A DNA stretch of 64,000 nt from Eledone cirrhosa (taxonomy: Eukaryota), in NCBI GenBank assembly GCA_964016885.1, contig OZ024743.1, positions 310,868,001 through 310,932,000 on the forward strand, read 5' to 3'. The number at the start of each line of letters is the position of its first letter. Positions within the stretch are counted from its first letter, which is position 1. Below the pieces are notes generated by a model that saw only the letters and a list, made by a program, of their open reading frames with translations, had not been told where the DNA came from and did no database searches. The translations under genes were made by a program, and so were the position numbers. Positions 24,701-36,336 of this stretch are shown one piece after another.

Positions 24701-27546
24701 AGCGAACTAGTTAAGCGGGTGTTGACGGGGGCCATCGTCAACAACAAGTGGTGGTTTGCTCTGAAAAGAGCGATTAGAATAGAGTCCATTAGGTTTAGTA
24801 AGGCTTTAGCAATAGAGAAAAATAGAGCAGAGGGAGAACTAGCTAGAAAATTAGACGAGGCGCTTAGCACAGGCATCGCAACTGACGTAATTGCGGCGAA
24901 ATTGGCCCTTGACCAATTCTTCAATGCAAAGCACGAAGGCTGCGTTGTCAGAGCTAGGGTACGTGCTCTCAGACACGAGGGGACGAAAGCCGTTCAATGG
25001 GCCCGAGTTTCGGAGGCGCGTCGTGGCAACAAAGCAACGATCCGGTCTTTGGTGGACCACGACGGGCGCATGCTATTCGATCCCTGGCAAATGTGTGAAG
25101 CTTTTCAGCGACACTCCGCTCAGCTGTTCGGGGGCAGCGGCGGGCCGGATCGAGGGATGCACTTTACTGTCTACCTCGACGGACTGCTGCGGCTCTCGGC
25201 CACTGAAGCGGAGTGTTGCGAAAAGCCGATAACAGCCGCTGAAGTACGGGAGGCAATGACTGGCTGCACACGGGGTAAATCGCCTGGTTTGGATGGTCTG
25301 CCCTATGAACTTTACGTACAGATGTCAGACTTGTTTGGAGGCCTCTTGGCGGACGTCTACTGCAACTGGCAACAGAGCGGGAGAATGCTCAACTATGTAA
25401 GCCGAGGAGCTGTGGCGCTGCTGAGAAAGGATCCGAACAAGAGGGATAATATAGATAATTTCAGGCCCATAACTCTGCTAAACACAGAGTTCAAGATTTT
25501 GGCCAAGGTGCTAGCAAAGAGGTTGGCGCTTGTTGGTGGTGGTCTGGTGGGAGAGGCGCAACATGCGCCATTCCCGACAGATCCATCCACGACAACCTAC
25601 ACCTCATGCGATACACCTGGCACGGGTGGGTCCTTGATCAATTTATATCAGTCGAAATCTTTCGATATGTTCGACCATCGTTACCTAATGGCAGTCCTGA
25701 GGGCGGCTGGCTTTGGGCCCGTCTTCAGAGGCTGCAGTGCTGCCATCCACAGCGACATCTGCTCTGTGCTGAGAATGAACGGTCACCTTTCAGAACCGTT
25801 CAACATCATGCGCTCGGTCCACCAAGGATGTCCCCTCTCGTCCCTCTTGTACGTATTGACTCTAGAGCCATTACTGCACAAACTGGAGACGTTGAGGGGC
25901 GTCCCGCGCGAACTAGGATGTGGAAGATCCGTGTCAGCATATGCGGACGATGTCACCGTAGTGGTGTCGAACGCCAAACACATCGAGGTGATCGGCACTA
26001 CACTAAGAGAATACGAAGCGGTGACAGGAGCAATGATCAACCATGAAAAGTCAGTGGGCCTGCAGCTCGGCACCTGGAGAGGCAGGTCCATGACGTCCAA
26101 CAGCGTCGTCGGGCGCTTGGACAGACGGACCGATTAAATTGCTAGGGGTCTGGTTCCTTCCGGACCTCCAGACGGACAAAAACTGGGATGAGGTGACGTG
26201 CAGGGTGGCTTCTCTCACCCAGAAATGGGCGGAGAGGAAGCTATCCCTGAAAGTTCGAGCGGAGGTGGCTAACGCGTACATCGCGTCCGTCATCTACTAC
26301 TGCCTGACCGTCGTACCTTGTCCTAAGCCCCGCCTGATTGCGCTGGAGCGTTTGTTCTTTAGCTTTTTGTGGAAGGGACGCGCTCCGATGGTCAGGTGGC
26401 CCATCTGCTTTCAACACCCGCTACGTTGAGGGCTGGGCATGCCGTGGCTGATGATGCGCAGACACATCTAAGGCTACGACGTTTCCACCTCTTCCTCGAC
26501 GGTGATCAGGTGTGGTCGCCGTTTGCTAGACGCGTCTTTCCCCAGCTCGTCTCCTTGACGGAGCTGCAGTCCTGGGTCAAGCGAAGAGCGAGAGGGAGCT
26601 TTTGGAGACTGGAATGTCTTCAGACGTTCACAGCCCTCGACCAATCGGGCAATGTGATCGGTGGAAACTCCACCATGGCGTTCTATAGAGGATTAGTGGA
26701 AGGGAAGAGCGACGACTTACTTGGGGAAACTCTAGGCGTCGACGAAAATCAACTAGCCAATCTCTTCAGAAGAACTTTCGGGCCAGGGCCTATGGACAAC
26801 TTCCAGAAATCTCTGGCCTGGCAGTGCTACCGAGGAGCCTTGCCAGTTCGGGATAAACTCTACAGGCATGGAGGTGCCGTCAGCCGGGCATGTCCGAGAT
26901 GCGCGCAGGGCGACGAAACCGTCCTGCACGCACTCGTCCAGTGTCCGAAAATTGCTGACTTGTGGGTTTATGTCGAACACCTGCTGTCGCGTTTAGGACG
27001 GATCCGGCTATCATCTGAGTCCATCGTGAGGATTGCCCCGCCCTCCTCCTTTAGCCTGGAAGGGCAGGCCGTTTTTATCTGTCTGGTGGCCATGGCGAAA
27101 GAGATAGTATGGTGGACACGTTTGAAAGGGCTGAAGACGAGCACTTACCTCTTCGGTGATGCTCTGATTGACTTTTTCAAATTTCATTTGAAAAGGAAAA
27201 GTAGAGAGGGAAGTGCTCTCTTCCCAGCATTTTGTTGAAAGATGGGTGAGAGAAGCAAGTATGGCCCGAATGAATGGGCCTTCTCTGAGTATGTGTCTGT
27301 AAATTAAAGGTGGAAAACTGGGAAAGGGCACTTGCCCTAGTGGTCAGGGTCACTGTGGTCTTTTAATGGGCTTTCTCCACAAATGTCCATCGGAAGTCTC
27401 CCTCCTATTGGGGAATTTTTCTTTGTTATTTTATTACATCCTCTGTTTTTTTACACGCAGAAATGCCCATTTGTACCGTGCTGTATTGTCCTGTACTGTC
27501 CTTAATGTCTACTTTATGTAAACCCTTGAGGTTAATAAAGAACACA
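21757..27546 (+). mobile_element. Near full-length, frameshifted Tx1/L1-clade LINE (ORF1 with CCHC knuckle; ORF2 APE-RT-zf-RVT)
   Basis: ORF1 CVVCGEGTHLSAFC; ORF2 INARGL, ISET, VGDW, YTDH, SPGLDG, NFRPITLLN, QGCPLS, YADD, CPRCAQGDETVLHALVQC; (ATT)n on both flanks. Confidence 0.92.
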
Positions 27547-27576
27547 TTATTATTATTATTATTATTATTATTGTTA

Positions 27577-30500
27577 TTCCTTGAATCTCAGTCATTGATG
27601 TTGGTTAACTGGAAAGTCCGTTGGATTGAATATCAAGCCACTACCTGCAGCCTCAGATATTCAGGACGTATCGGAGGGTTCTTGCTGTTCCAAGCAAGCA
27701 TGCCTTTTGAAGCGTTCCAAAAAGCGTGAAGGGGCCGATTTTCTTTAACCATCCCTGGAAACTTTTGGAGATAGTCCCCAGTGCGCCTATGACAATCGGG
27801 ATCACTTTGACTTCATGGCAGTTCCAAATCCTTTTCACCTCCCACTTTAGGTCCTGGTATCGGTTAATTTTCTCCCTCTCCTTCTCTTGCACTCTCGTGT
27901 CGAACGGGCAGGCCACATCCACAATCAGGCACGATCTTTTTTCTTTGTCCACAACCACCAGGTCAGGTCTATTGTGTTCCAGTTTTTTGTCCGTCTGTAT
28001 CCTAAAATCCCACAGCACCTTCACCTGATTGTTCTCCATCACCGCCTCTGGCCTATGCTCATACCATTTCTCAGAATGTGGTAGATTGTTTACTTTGCAC
28101 AGGTGCCAGTGGATCACCCTGCCCATCACATCGTGTCTCCAGCCCTTATAGTGGGTCTGGGCTAGGTGTTTACACTCGGACACAATGTGAGCCACAGTCT
28201 CCTCTCTCTCTCCACAGATCCTGCACAGTGGGCTAGCCTCCTCCTTGTAGATATGGTGCTTCAACCACTTCGTTTTGAGGGCCTGCTCCTGCGCAGCCAT
28301 TAGCATTCCTTCTGTAGCCTTTTTGAGGTCTCCTCTTCTCAACCAGTTCCATGTCTGTGGATCTCTAAATTCAGTTTTCTCAAAGAAGGTACTATGAAGG
28401 GATTTTCCCTTAAGGCTGCTCTTCCTCCTTGATGTTATTTCCTCCTTGGACATCCCCTGGCCTACTGTCCCCTCCTTCAGTACAGTTCTGAGCATTGGCT
28501 CCTTACTATAGGTCACGTATTTGTATAGGTTGTTTTTCTCCATCTGAACACAGTCCTCTATGCTGATAAGACCTCTTCCACCCTCAGATCTCCTTAGGTA
28601 GAGTCTATCGACATCACTCCTCTTGTGGAACATGTTGTAGATAGTCAATAGCTTCCTAGTCTTCCTATCCATTTCTTTTTGTTCAGCAACATTCCATCTC
28701 AGAATTCCCGCACTGTACCTAATAATAGACACAGCTCGGGAATTTACTGCGCTTATGGCATTTCTGCTGTTCAGATGTGACTTCAATACGCTCCTTACTC
28801 TCAGAATGTATTCAGTTCTTAACAATTCCTTCATTTTTTTGTTCTTTATGCCATCAGCCTCCAGAACGCCCAAATACTTGTATCCTTCCTCAGAGTCAAT
28901 TTCCTTTATCATCTCACCTGTTGGTATCTGGATCCCGTTACTTCTGCTCAACCTACCCCTCTTCATCACAATGACTCCACATTTACCAATACCAAACTGC
29001 ATACATATATCACTGCTGAAAATACGGACAGTGTCAACAAGCACATCCAACTCCTTCTCACTTTTCCCGAAGAGCTTAAGATCGTCCATGAAGAGGAGGT
29101 GATTGATGGTAAGCTCTCCCCTTCCCAACTTGTATCCTGCTCTCACTTTTCGCAGCATAATGGTCAAGGGCATCAGGGCAAGGACAAACAACAGAGGGGA
29201 CAGGCTATCTCCCTGGAAGATACCTCTCTTGATCTTCACGCTTCCCAAGGATACTCCAGTTGATGTCAACTCTGTCTCCCAGGACCCCATACTCCTGCCT
29301 AGCAACTGTCTGATGTTATCTGCCACCCTGAAGATCTCCAGGCTTTTGGTGATCCAGGAATGAGGCACCATGTCAAATGCCTTTCTGTATTCTATCCATC
29401 CCATGGCAAGATCAGTGTGTCTCCTCCTGCAATTCCCCATTACCATCTTATCAATAAGTAACTGGTCATTTGTACCACGTGACTTCTTTCGGCATCCTTT
29501 CTGTTCGTCCGGTAACAAGTTGTTTGTGTGGAGGTGATGGTAGATTTCCTCAGACACAATGCTCGTCAACAGTTTCCACATTACGGGCAGACATGTGATA
29601 GGTCTATAGTTGGTAACATCATTACCCTTGATTCGGTCTTTCATTATCAGAACTGTGGTACCTTTTGTCAACCACTCTGGCACCTCACCCGACACCAAGC
29701 AGTCATTGAACATGGCCGTCAGCTTCGGGTGGAGGGATGTTAAATGTTTAATCCAATACCCCTGCACACCATCTGGGCCTGGTGATTTCCAGTTGGTTAG
29801 CTTTTTGGCTTGCCCCTTAAGAGTTTCAACTGTGATACTCAAATCAGTCTGTTGTTGTGCCTGCTCACCGATCTCCCTCTGTACTGTCTCAATCCACCCT
29901 GCCTGGGCATTGTGTCTAACATCCTGCTCCCATATTCCTCTCCAGAATGTTTTAGTTTGTTCCGCCCCAGGGATCAAGTCGTTGCCTCTTTCTTTCCCCT
30001 CAAGCTGTCCAAACAGCATCTTCTGGTTGTTGTCGAACATGCGGTTCTGTTTATACTGACTGACTCTGTTCTCGTATCGCCTGATTTTTGCACTCTTTGC
30101 TACAATGCGTTGCTTCAATTCCTCTATGATAATATTTAGCTTTTTACTCCTAGTTTTGTATTTTATTTCCAGTCTATTTTTAGTGCCTATGTTTTTTAGT
30201 GTCCCATTCAGTAGTGACTCAAGCTTTCCTATGTCATTTCTCATTTCCCCGATTTGCCCACTCAGTCGCTTCTTCCACCACGGCTCTGCTCTTTCTTGTC
30301 TGTTGTTTCCTCTCGCTTTTATACCAAGTAGTTTCCTCACCGTATTTGCTGTTGCTTTGAGGATATTGTTGCACTGGTGAAGGCTCCTCGCCTCAAGGTA
30401 TGGGATGACTTTGTTTACTTTAGCTGTTGTTTCTTTTAACTTTTTCCTGTCTACAAATCTTAGGTTCATAGGTCTCCCACTATCATTGTTTAATTCATCT

Positions 30501-31698
30501 ACCACTAAATTTAGGATGTCAACCGAATCTTGTCCTAGCCCGTCAGCATTCATCTCCTCAGTGGCCGTATCTCTGTTCCAGGTATTATTTATCTCAGTAT
30601 TCAGATCATTGTCTGCTTCGGGTGGTTCCTCCGTTCTCAGGACCTCCTCACCTTCATTTCCCACCGGCTCGCTTGTCTGGCATACCACACCCGCCATCTC
30701 CAAGCCATTCTCTCTGCTCAGTTCCTCCAGTTCCAGCTCGCTTATCCACCCATTAGTTCTTATTACCCGAGCCTGCCCGGCCAATTTTTGTTCATCTAAT
30801 TTAAATAAACCAATCTCGTTCCAGATGTTATGCATCCGTCTCCTGTAGCCCCTCTCCTTGGGGTTACTTTTCAGGTAGCATTGCATAACAGTTCTATTCA
30901 ATTCTTTCGTCCAGTTGGTTCTGGCCCCTTTCTTTCTTCTTCTTCCTCCAACATCAGCAGTATTTGGTTGACAGTCAGGTTCCTGCTGCTGAGCCAGGGG
31001 GCACCTGTTGGGTGAGAGTCTGTCACATGACGTTCTAGTCTCCATTTCACCGTTATTCGAACTGTTTATGTTCGATATTTAAACACTCTTATCGAGGATT
31101 GGCGAATGTATAGTTACATAGCCATCTGTGGATCCGCCATCCCACTTGGCCCTTGTGTGGCATTATCACCACGCTGTATACGAACACACATAAACAAACA
31201 AACACACAGGCAGAAAGGGCCCCAAAAATGAATAAGCATAAGTTTCATTGTAATGTAGTGTTCGAATGTCTGACTTAGTTTTTGTTTTTTAAGTTTTACT
31301 TTTTCCCCCCTCTTCTCTGTCCGTCCGCCTGCTTCTCTCTTCATTCTTATTTTCTTTAAGTTTTTGGGGTTTCTTTTTTTGTTTTTGTTTTTCTCTGTTT
31401 GTTTTTCTCGTTTTTGCTGTTGTTGCTGTGCTGCTTTGGTTTTGTTGTTTGTTTTTTCTTTTTTCTTTTGAGTCTATCTATATATTTTGATGCCTTCCTC
31501 TTTGTTAGTAGTAGGAATTCTATAATGTGGAAGTAGCAGCCAGCAGGGAGAAGTGGGAGACTGGCGGCGGTAGCTATACTGAGACAGTGGTGGTGGTGAT
31601 GTCGATACCGAGGCAGTGGTGGCGGTGATGTGACCGTATTACTGTAGTGATGGTGCTGTAGCGGTGGCAGTAGTGAAGGTGTCAAGGGGTGGTGGCGG

Positions 31699-31700
<2 letters not shown>
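27577..31700 (-). mobile_element. Apparently full-length R4/Dong element inserted in (TAA)n
   Basis: Contains the 1130-aa ORF, a ~650-bp 5' region and a short 3' UTR; (ATT)n at both ends. Confidence 0.9.
27653..31045 (-). CDS. R4/Dong-clade non-LTR retrotransposon ORF, 1130 aa (RT, CCHC, REL endonuclease)
   Basis: WKSPGPDG, NYRPITCL, GIFQGDSLSPLLF, FMDDLKL, CRICGEREETVAHIVSEC, HNRPDLVVVDK..IVDVACP..KEREKINRY; no stop codons. Confidence 0.95.
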   Translation of the reverse strand: METRTSCDRLSPNRCPLAQQQEPDCQPNTADVGGRRRKKGARTNWTKELNRTVMQCYLKSNPKERGYRRRMHNIWNEIGLFKLDEQKLAGQARVIRTNGWISELELEELSRENGLEMAGVVCQTSEPVGNEGEEVLRTEEPPEADNDLNTEINNTWNRDTATEEMNADGLGQDSVDILNLVVDELNNDSGRPMNLRFVDRKKLKETTAKVNKVIPYLEARSLHQCNNILKATANTVRKLLGIKARGNNRQERAEPWWKKRLSGQIGEMRNDIGKLESLLNGTLKNIGTKNRLEIKYKTRSKKLNIIIEELKQRIVAKSAKIRRYENRVSQYKQNRMFDNNQKMLFGQLEGKERGNDLIPGAEQTKTFWRGIWEQDVRHNAQAGWIETVQREIGEQAQQQTDLSITVETLKGQAKKLTNWKSPGPDGVQGYWIKHLTSLHPKLTAMFNDCLVSGEVPEWLTKGTTVLIMKDRIKGNDVTNYRPITCLPVMWKLLTSIVSEEIYHHLHTNNLLPDEQKGCRKKSRGTNDQLLIDKMVMGNCRRRHTDLAMGWIEYRKAFDMVPHSWITKSLEIFRVADNIRQLLGRSMGSWETELTSTGVSLGSVKIKRGIFQGDSLSPLLFVLALMPLTIMLRKVRAGYKLGRGELTINHLLFMDDLKLFGKSEKELDVLVDTVRIFSSDICMQFGIGKCGVIVMKRGRLSRSNGIQIPTGEMIKEIDSEEGYKYLGVLEADGIKNKKMKELLRTEYILRVRSVLKSHLNSRNAISAVNSRAVSIIRYSAGILRWNVAEQKEMDRKTRKLLTIYNMFHKRSDVDRLYLRRSEGGRGLISIEDCVQMEKNNLYKYVTYSKEPMLRTVLKEGTVGQGMSKEEITSRRKSSLKGKSLHSTFFEKTEFRDPQTWNWLRRGDLKKATEGMLMAAQEQALKTKWLKHHIYKEEASPLCRICGEREETVAHIVSECKHLAQTHYKGWRHDVMGRVIHWHLCKVNNLPHSEKWYEHRPEAVMENNQVKVLWDFRIQTDKKLEHNRPDLVVVDKEKRSCLIVDVACPFDTRVQEKEREKINRYQDLKWEVKRIWNCHEVKVIPIVIGALGTISKSFQGWLKKIGPFTLFGTLQKACLLGTARTLRYVLNI

Positions 31701-31732
<32 letters not shown>

Positions 31733-31740
31733 GTTATTAT

Positions 31741-32566
31741 ACTTTGAGTCTCAGTCATTAATGTTAGTTAACTGGATAGTTTGTTGAAATGAATATCAAG
31801 CCACTACCTGCAGCCTCAGATAATAAGGACGTATCGGAGGGTTCTTGCTGTTCCCCCATGCATGCCTTTTGAAGCGTTCCAAAAAGCGTGAAGGGGACAA
31901 TTTTCTTTAACCATCCCTGGAAACCTTTTGAGATAGTGCCTAGTGCGCCTATGACAATCGGGATCACATTGACTTCATGGCAGTTCCAAATCCTTTTTAC
32001 CTCCCACTTTAAGTCCTGGTATCGGTTAATTTTCTCCCTCTCCTTCTCTTGCACTCTCGTGTCGAATGGGCAGGCCACATCCACAATCAGGCACGATCTT
32101 TTTTCTTTGTCCACAACCACCAGGTCATGTCTATTTTGTTCCAGTTTCTTGTCCGTCTGTATCCTAAAATCCCACAGCACCTTCACCTGATCGTTTTCTA
32201 TCACCGCCTCTGGCTTATGCTCATACCACTTCTCAGAATGTGGTAAATTGTTTACTTTGCATAGGTGCCAGTGGATCACCCTGCCCATCACGTCATGTCT
32301 CCAGCCCGTATAGTGAGTCTGGGCTAGGTGTTTATACTTGGATACAATGTGAGCCACAGTCCCCTCTCTCTCTCCACAGATCCTGCACAGTGGGCTAGCC
32401 TCCTCCTTGTAAATATGGTGTTTCAACCACTTCGTTTTGAGGGCCTGCTCCTGCGCAACCATTAACATTCCTTCTGTAGCCTTTTTTTAAGGTCTCCTCT
32501 TTTCAACCAGTTCCATGTCTGTGGATCTCTAAATTCAGTTTTTTCAAAGAAGGTACTATGAAGGGG
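31741..32566 (-). mobile_element. 5'-truncated R4/Dong copy
   Basis: ORF 31764-32468 nearly identical to the C-terminus of the 1130-aa ORF; (ATT)n flanks. Confidence 0.93.
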
Positions 32567-32607
32567 TTAGTATTTTATTATTATTATTATTATTATTGTT
32601 ATTGTTA

Positions 32608-32826
32608 TTCCTTGAATCTCAGTCATTGATGTTGGTTAACTGGAAAGTCCGTTGGATTGAATATCAAGCCACTACCTGCAGCCTCAGATATTCAGGACGT
32701 ATCGGAGGGTTCTTGCTGTTCCAAGCAAGCATGCCTTTTGAAGCGTTCCAAAAAGCGTGAAGGGGCCGATTTTCTTTAACCATCCCTGGAAACTTTTGGA
32801 GATAGTCCCCAGTGCGCCTATGACAA

Positions 32827-32828
<2 letters not shown>
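32608..32828 (-). mobile_element. Very short 5'-truncated R4/Dong copy
   Basis: Appears identical to 27577-27797; (ATT)n flanks. Confidence 0.93.
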
Positions 32829-32885
<57 letters not shown>

Positions 32886-32886
32886 G

Positions 32887-32921
<35 letters not shown>

Positions 32922-32930
<9 letters not shown>

Positions 32931-33098
32931 AACAAAAGATGGTTAAAGGAGTTCCATGTATTTTATTATGCGCATTTCAAAAACAAACATCATCATGCAA
33001 TAATATTTGCGTTTTCATCATTGCATGATGATGTTTGTTTTTGAAATGCGCATAATAAAATACATGGAACTCCTTTAACCATCTTTTGTTCTTATATA
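32922..33098. repeat. Perfect ~79-bp inverted repeat (fold-back) with ~18-nt spacer
   Basis: TAAGAACAAAAGATGG..CATGCAAT mirrored by ATTGCATG..CCATCTTTTGTTCTTA. Confidence 0.95.
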
Positions 33099-33419
33099 TT
33101 ATGTATACTCCAGTCCTACAAACTGTAGAGTGCTTATTATCCGATATCTGCATTGCTTTATTATACTACAATAAAACTCACCTCCTACATTATATATATA
33201 TATATATATTTATATATATTGTTATACTTGGGGAGGGTCATATTTGTGTAATATTGCCAGAATTAATAACAGAACACACTCACTGTTTGGTTGGTTTTCG
33301 CTTTTCGCTTCTGTGTCTTTTATATCGGTAATCTAATTTATAAGGTCCTCAACGTTGCCATTGACTGACCAACGGTCAACAATAATACAGATACAATATA
33401 GACACAAACACATATATAT

Positions 33420-33910
33420 AGTTTATCAAAGTTCTTTCGTTGCACATCTGCAACATCGTCAGTGGTGCTATTGTTTCCTCCCGTTGCATTGTATTTTCTA
33501 CGCCATCTTTATTTAGTCTGTTTATATATTTATTTATTTGTTTATTTTATTTTGTCTTCTTAGCGCATGCGTTTGCGTGTGTGTATAGTGTTTTGTTTGA
33601 TGTGTGTTCGTGATTGGGTGACTGTGTATTGTTAATGTATTCTATCTTTACTAGTGTGTGTTTATATGTGTTTGTTGTTATTGTGCTTGTGTATGTATTT
33701 ATTTATTTATACTTCTCTTAGGTCAGTGTTGTTTGTTTGGGTCTTGTTGTTATTCCATTCATTCTCTCTGTTTAGCCTTGGCCTTCTAAGTTCTATTTCA
33801 CTGGCCTCTCTGATTTGCCTATCTGCTGGGTCATTTCTATGTTTAGATATTATTCTAATTTCAACGTTGTCTATGTTACCGTCGTGTTGTTGTCTGGCAT
33901 GTTCGTATAG
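33420..33910 (-). mobile_element. PLE 3' fragment: GIY-YIG C-terminus plus pLTR with hammerhead-like motif
   Basis: Minus translation HARQQHDGN..DPADRQIREASEIELRRPRLNRENEW; reverse complement of 33425-33468 ACCA-CTGACGA-tGTTGCA gatg TGCAAC-GAAA-GAACTT. Confidence 0.7.
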
Positions 33911-33912
33911 TA

Positions 33913-33961
<49 letters not shown>

Positions 33962-33966
<5 letters not shown>

Positions 33967-34075
33967 AACAAGTATGACCCCGACGGCAGAGATCAAGCCG
34001 TCTCCACGGCTAATTCTAAGTATTTGTACTTTGGTGCGTTATGGTCCATCTGGTTCCTTACGACATTTACTTCGT

Positions 34076-34077
<2 letters not shown>
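33962..34077. mobile_element. Mini PLE pLTR fragment with internal inversion (same family as 10690-10770 and 39872-40010)
   Basis: Shares GGAACAAGTATGACCCCGACGGCAGAG and GGTGCGTTATGGTCCATCTGGTTC with those loci; lies in (TA)n. Confidence 0.7.
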
Positions 34078-34124
<47 letters not shown>

Positions 34125-34189
34125 GTGTATGTATGTATGTATGTATGTATGTATGTATGTATGTATGTATGTATGTATGTATGTATGTT

Positions 34190-34826
34190 ATGTCAGGTCA
34201 CCAGTTGGTGCTACTGGTAACTGGTATCCCAGTACAACCTGTCTTATGGTCGGGTCGTTGGCGACTAAACTGGCAACCCCACCAAGGTTTCTTGGTGAGG
34301 AGGGTGACTTTGGACATCCTGCAGGACTAAAATCAAAACCTGTCAAAGGGCAAGGGAGCTCTTAATAGTCAATAGCCATCCAAAATTACCGGGAGAGATG
34401 ACCCCTTAACCTTTGTCAAGGCAGAATTCTAGGAGAATGAAAACTCTGATATAACACCTGCAACCCTGATGGTATCCAATGATGTTGACTTGTTCTTCTT
34501 TTTGGTAAATATCATCTTGGTTAAGAGAGTGGGACTGGCTTTGTGCAGTGCCTTTGCTCACTATAAAAACTTCACAGCACAGGCATTGCTTTATATCTGG
34601 AGATCTCTCTGCACATGTCGTCACATGGTACCATGGGCCCAGCACTATGTGTCAATAATGGTTACAAGTGTAGTCTTTGTACCAGAGTTTTCAAGTCGCT
34701 GGCTGGACTAAAAAGTGACATTCGTTCAGCGCATCGGTAGGGGTTCTCCTACATGGATATAAAGTAGTGGCCGTACTCGAAAACGAGTTGGCAGCCACCA
34801 TATGTATGTATGTATGTATGTATGTA
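34190..34826 (+). mobile_element. RTE-derived bipartite non-autonomous element (5' UTR plus 3' end) in (TATG)n
   Basis: RTE-type 5' UTR motif CTAGGAGAA.GAAAACTCTGA; 3' part encodes a CSLCTRVFKSLAGLKS zinc-finger remnant; second copy at 62918-63514. Confidence 0.75.
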
Positions 34827-35351
34827 TATATATATAATATAATATAATAAATAACAAAGAACGCTTATAGCATATGCATATCTTTACTTGCTAACATTGT
34901 TTAATCCGCACTATAATATATATATATATATATTGTATGGGGAATATAGTTTTAGAAAAAGCAGTCCAATATTTCTATTAGCAATATTTCTTCTATATTG
35001 TCAGTCCAAATATCTATGAGGTCAACTCATTGTTTGTACTTCAATAAATTTAGAATCAATAATTTATTGGATTCTTCAGATTTGTAAGAGATTCTCAGAA
35101 AAATACTTGGTCAACTGCCAAGCAACGCACTTTTGATTTCCTGCAAACTTTGTCAAGCTCTGTTGAATTAACCACTAATCATCTAGGAAGACCTCCATTA
35201 TATCGTGTCCTAAACATGTATACACATATTTATTCGAATGCTGTTGAAGTGTGTATACATTTCCATCACAAAATATGTGTAATTTTGAACATCCTAGGTG
35301 ATAGGATTTAAACTCAGAATGCCCAGAGTAGAAATAGGTACAGCAGAACAT

Positions 35352-36336
35352 ATTACCAACTCCACCGTATTAACAACTCCACCATATTAAAAACTCCACC
35401 ATATTAACAACACCGCCGTATTACCACTACCACCTTATTACTACCTCGACCTGTATTAACAACTCCACCATATTAACAACTCCACCGTATTACCACCTCC
35501 GTCATTGTAACAACTCTGGCATATTAACAACACCACCATATTAACAACACCACCGCATTACTACCTCTACCATATTACTACCTCTACCATATTAACAACT
35601 CCGCCATATTACCACCTCCACCGTATTACGACCTCCACCGTATTACCACCTCCCCCCTGTATTAACAACTCCACCATATTAACACCTTCACCATATTACC
35701 ACCTCCCACCATATTAACAACTCCACCATATTAACAACTCCACCATATTACCACTTCCAACCATATTAACAACTCCACCATATTAACAACTCCACCATAT
35801 TACCACCTCCACCATATTAACAACTCCACCATATTAACAACTCCACCATATTAACAACTCCACCATATTACCACCTCCACCATATTAACAACTCCACCAT
35901 ATTAACAACTCTACCGTATTAACAACTCCGCCATATTACCACATCCAACCATATTAACAACTCCACCATATTAACAACTCCACCTTATTACCACCTCCAC
36001 CATATTTCCACCTACCACCGTATTACCACTTGCCACCGTATTACCACCTCCCCACTGTATTAACAACTCCACCATATTACCACATCCCACCATATTAACA
36101 ACTCCACCATATTACAACCTCCAACCATATTAACAACTCCACCATATTAACAACTCCACCATATTACCACCTCCACCATATTTCCACCTACCGCCGTGTT
36201 ACCACTTGCCACCGTATTACCACCTCCCCACCATATTAACAACTCCACCATATTACAACCTCCCAGCATATTAACAACTCCCCCATATTAACAACTCCCG
36301 CATATTAACAACTCCACCATATTAACAATGTCCACC
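35352..36336. repeat. 17-bp minisatellite (ACTCCACCATATTAACA)n, ~57 units
   Basis: Unit read directly, with TTAACAACT/TTACCACCT variants. Confidence 0.95.

Noticed and set aside
27726-31015. Plus-strand ORFs antisense to the Dong ORF
   Set aside because: Shadow frames of the minus-strand coding sequence with no motifs of their own.
35352-36336. CRISPR-like regular repeat (also 62079-62320)
   Set aside because: Units are contiguous with no unique spacers, there are no cas genes, and the context is eukaryotic.
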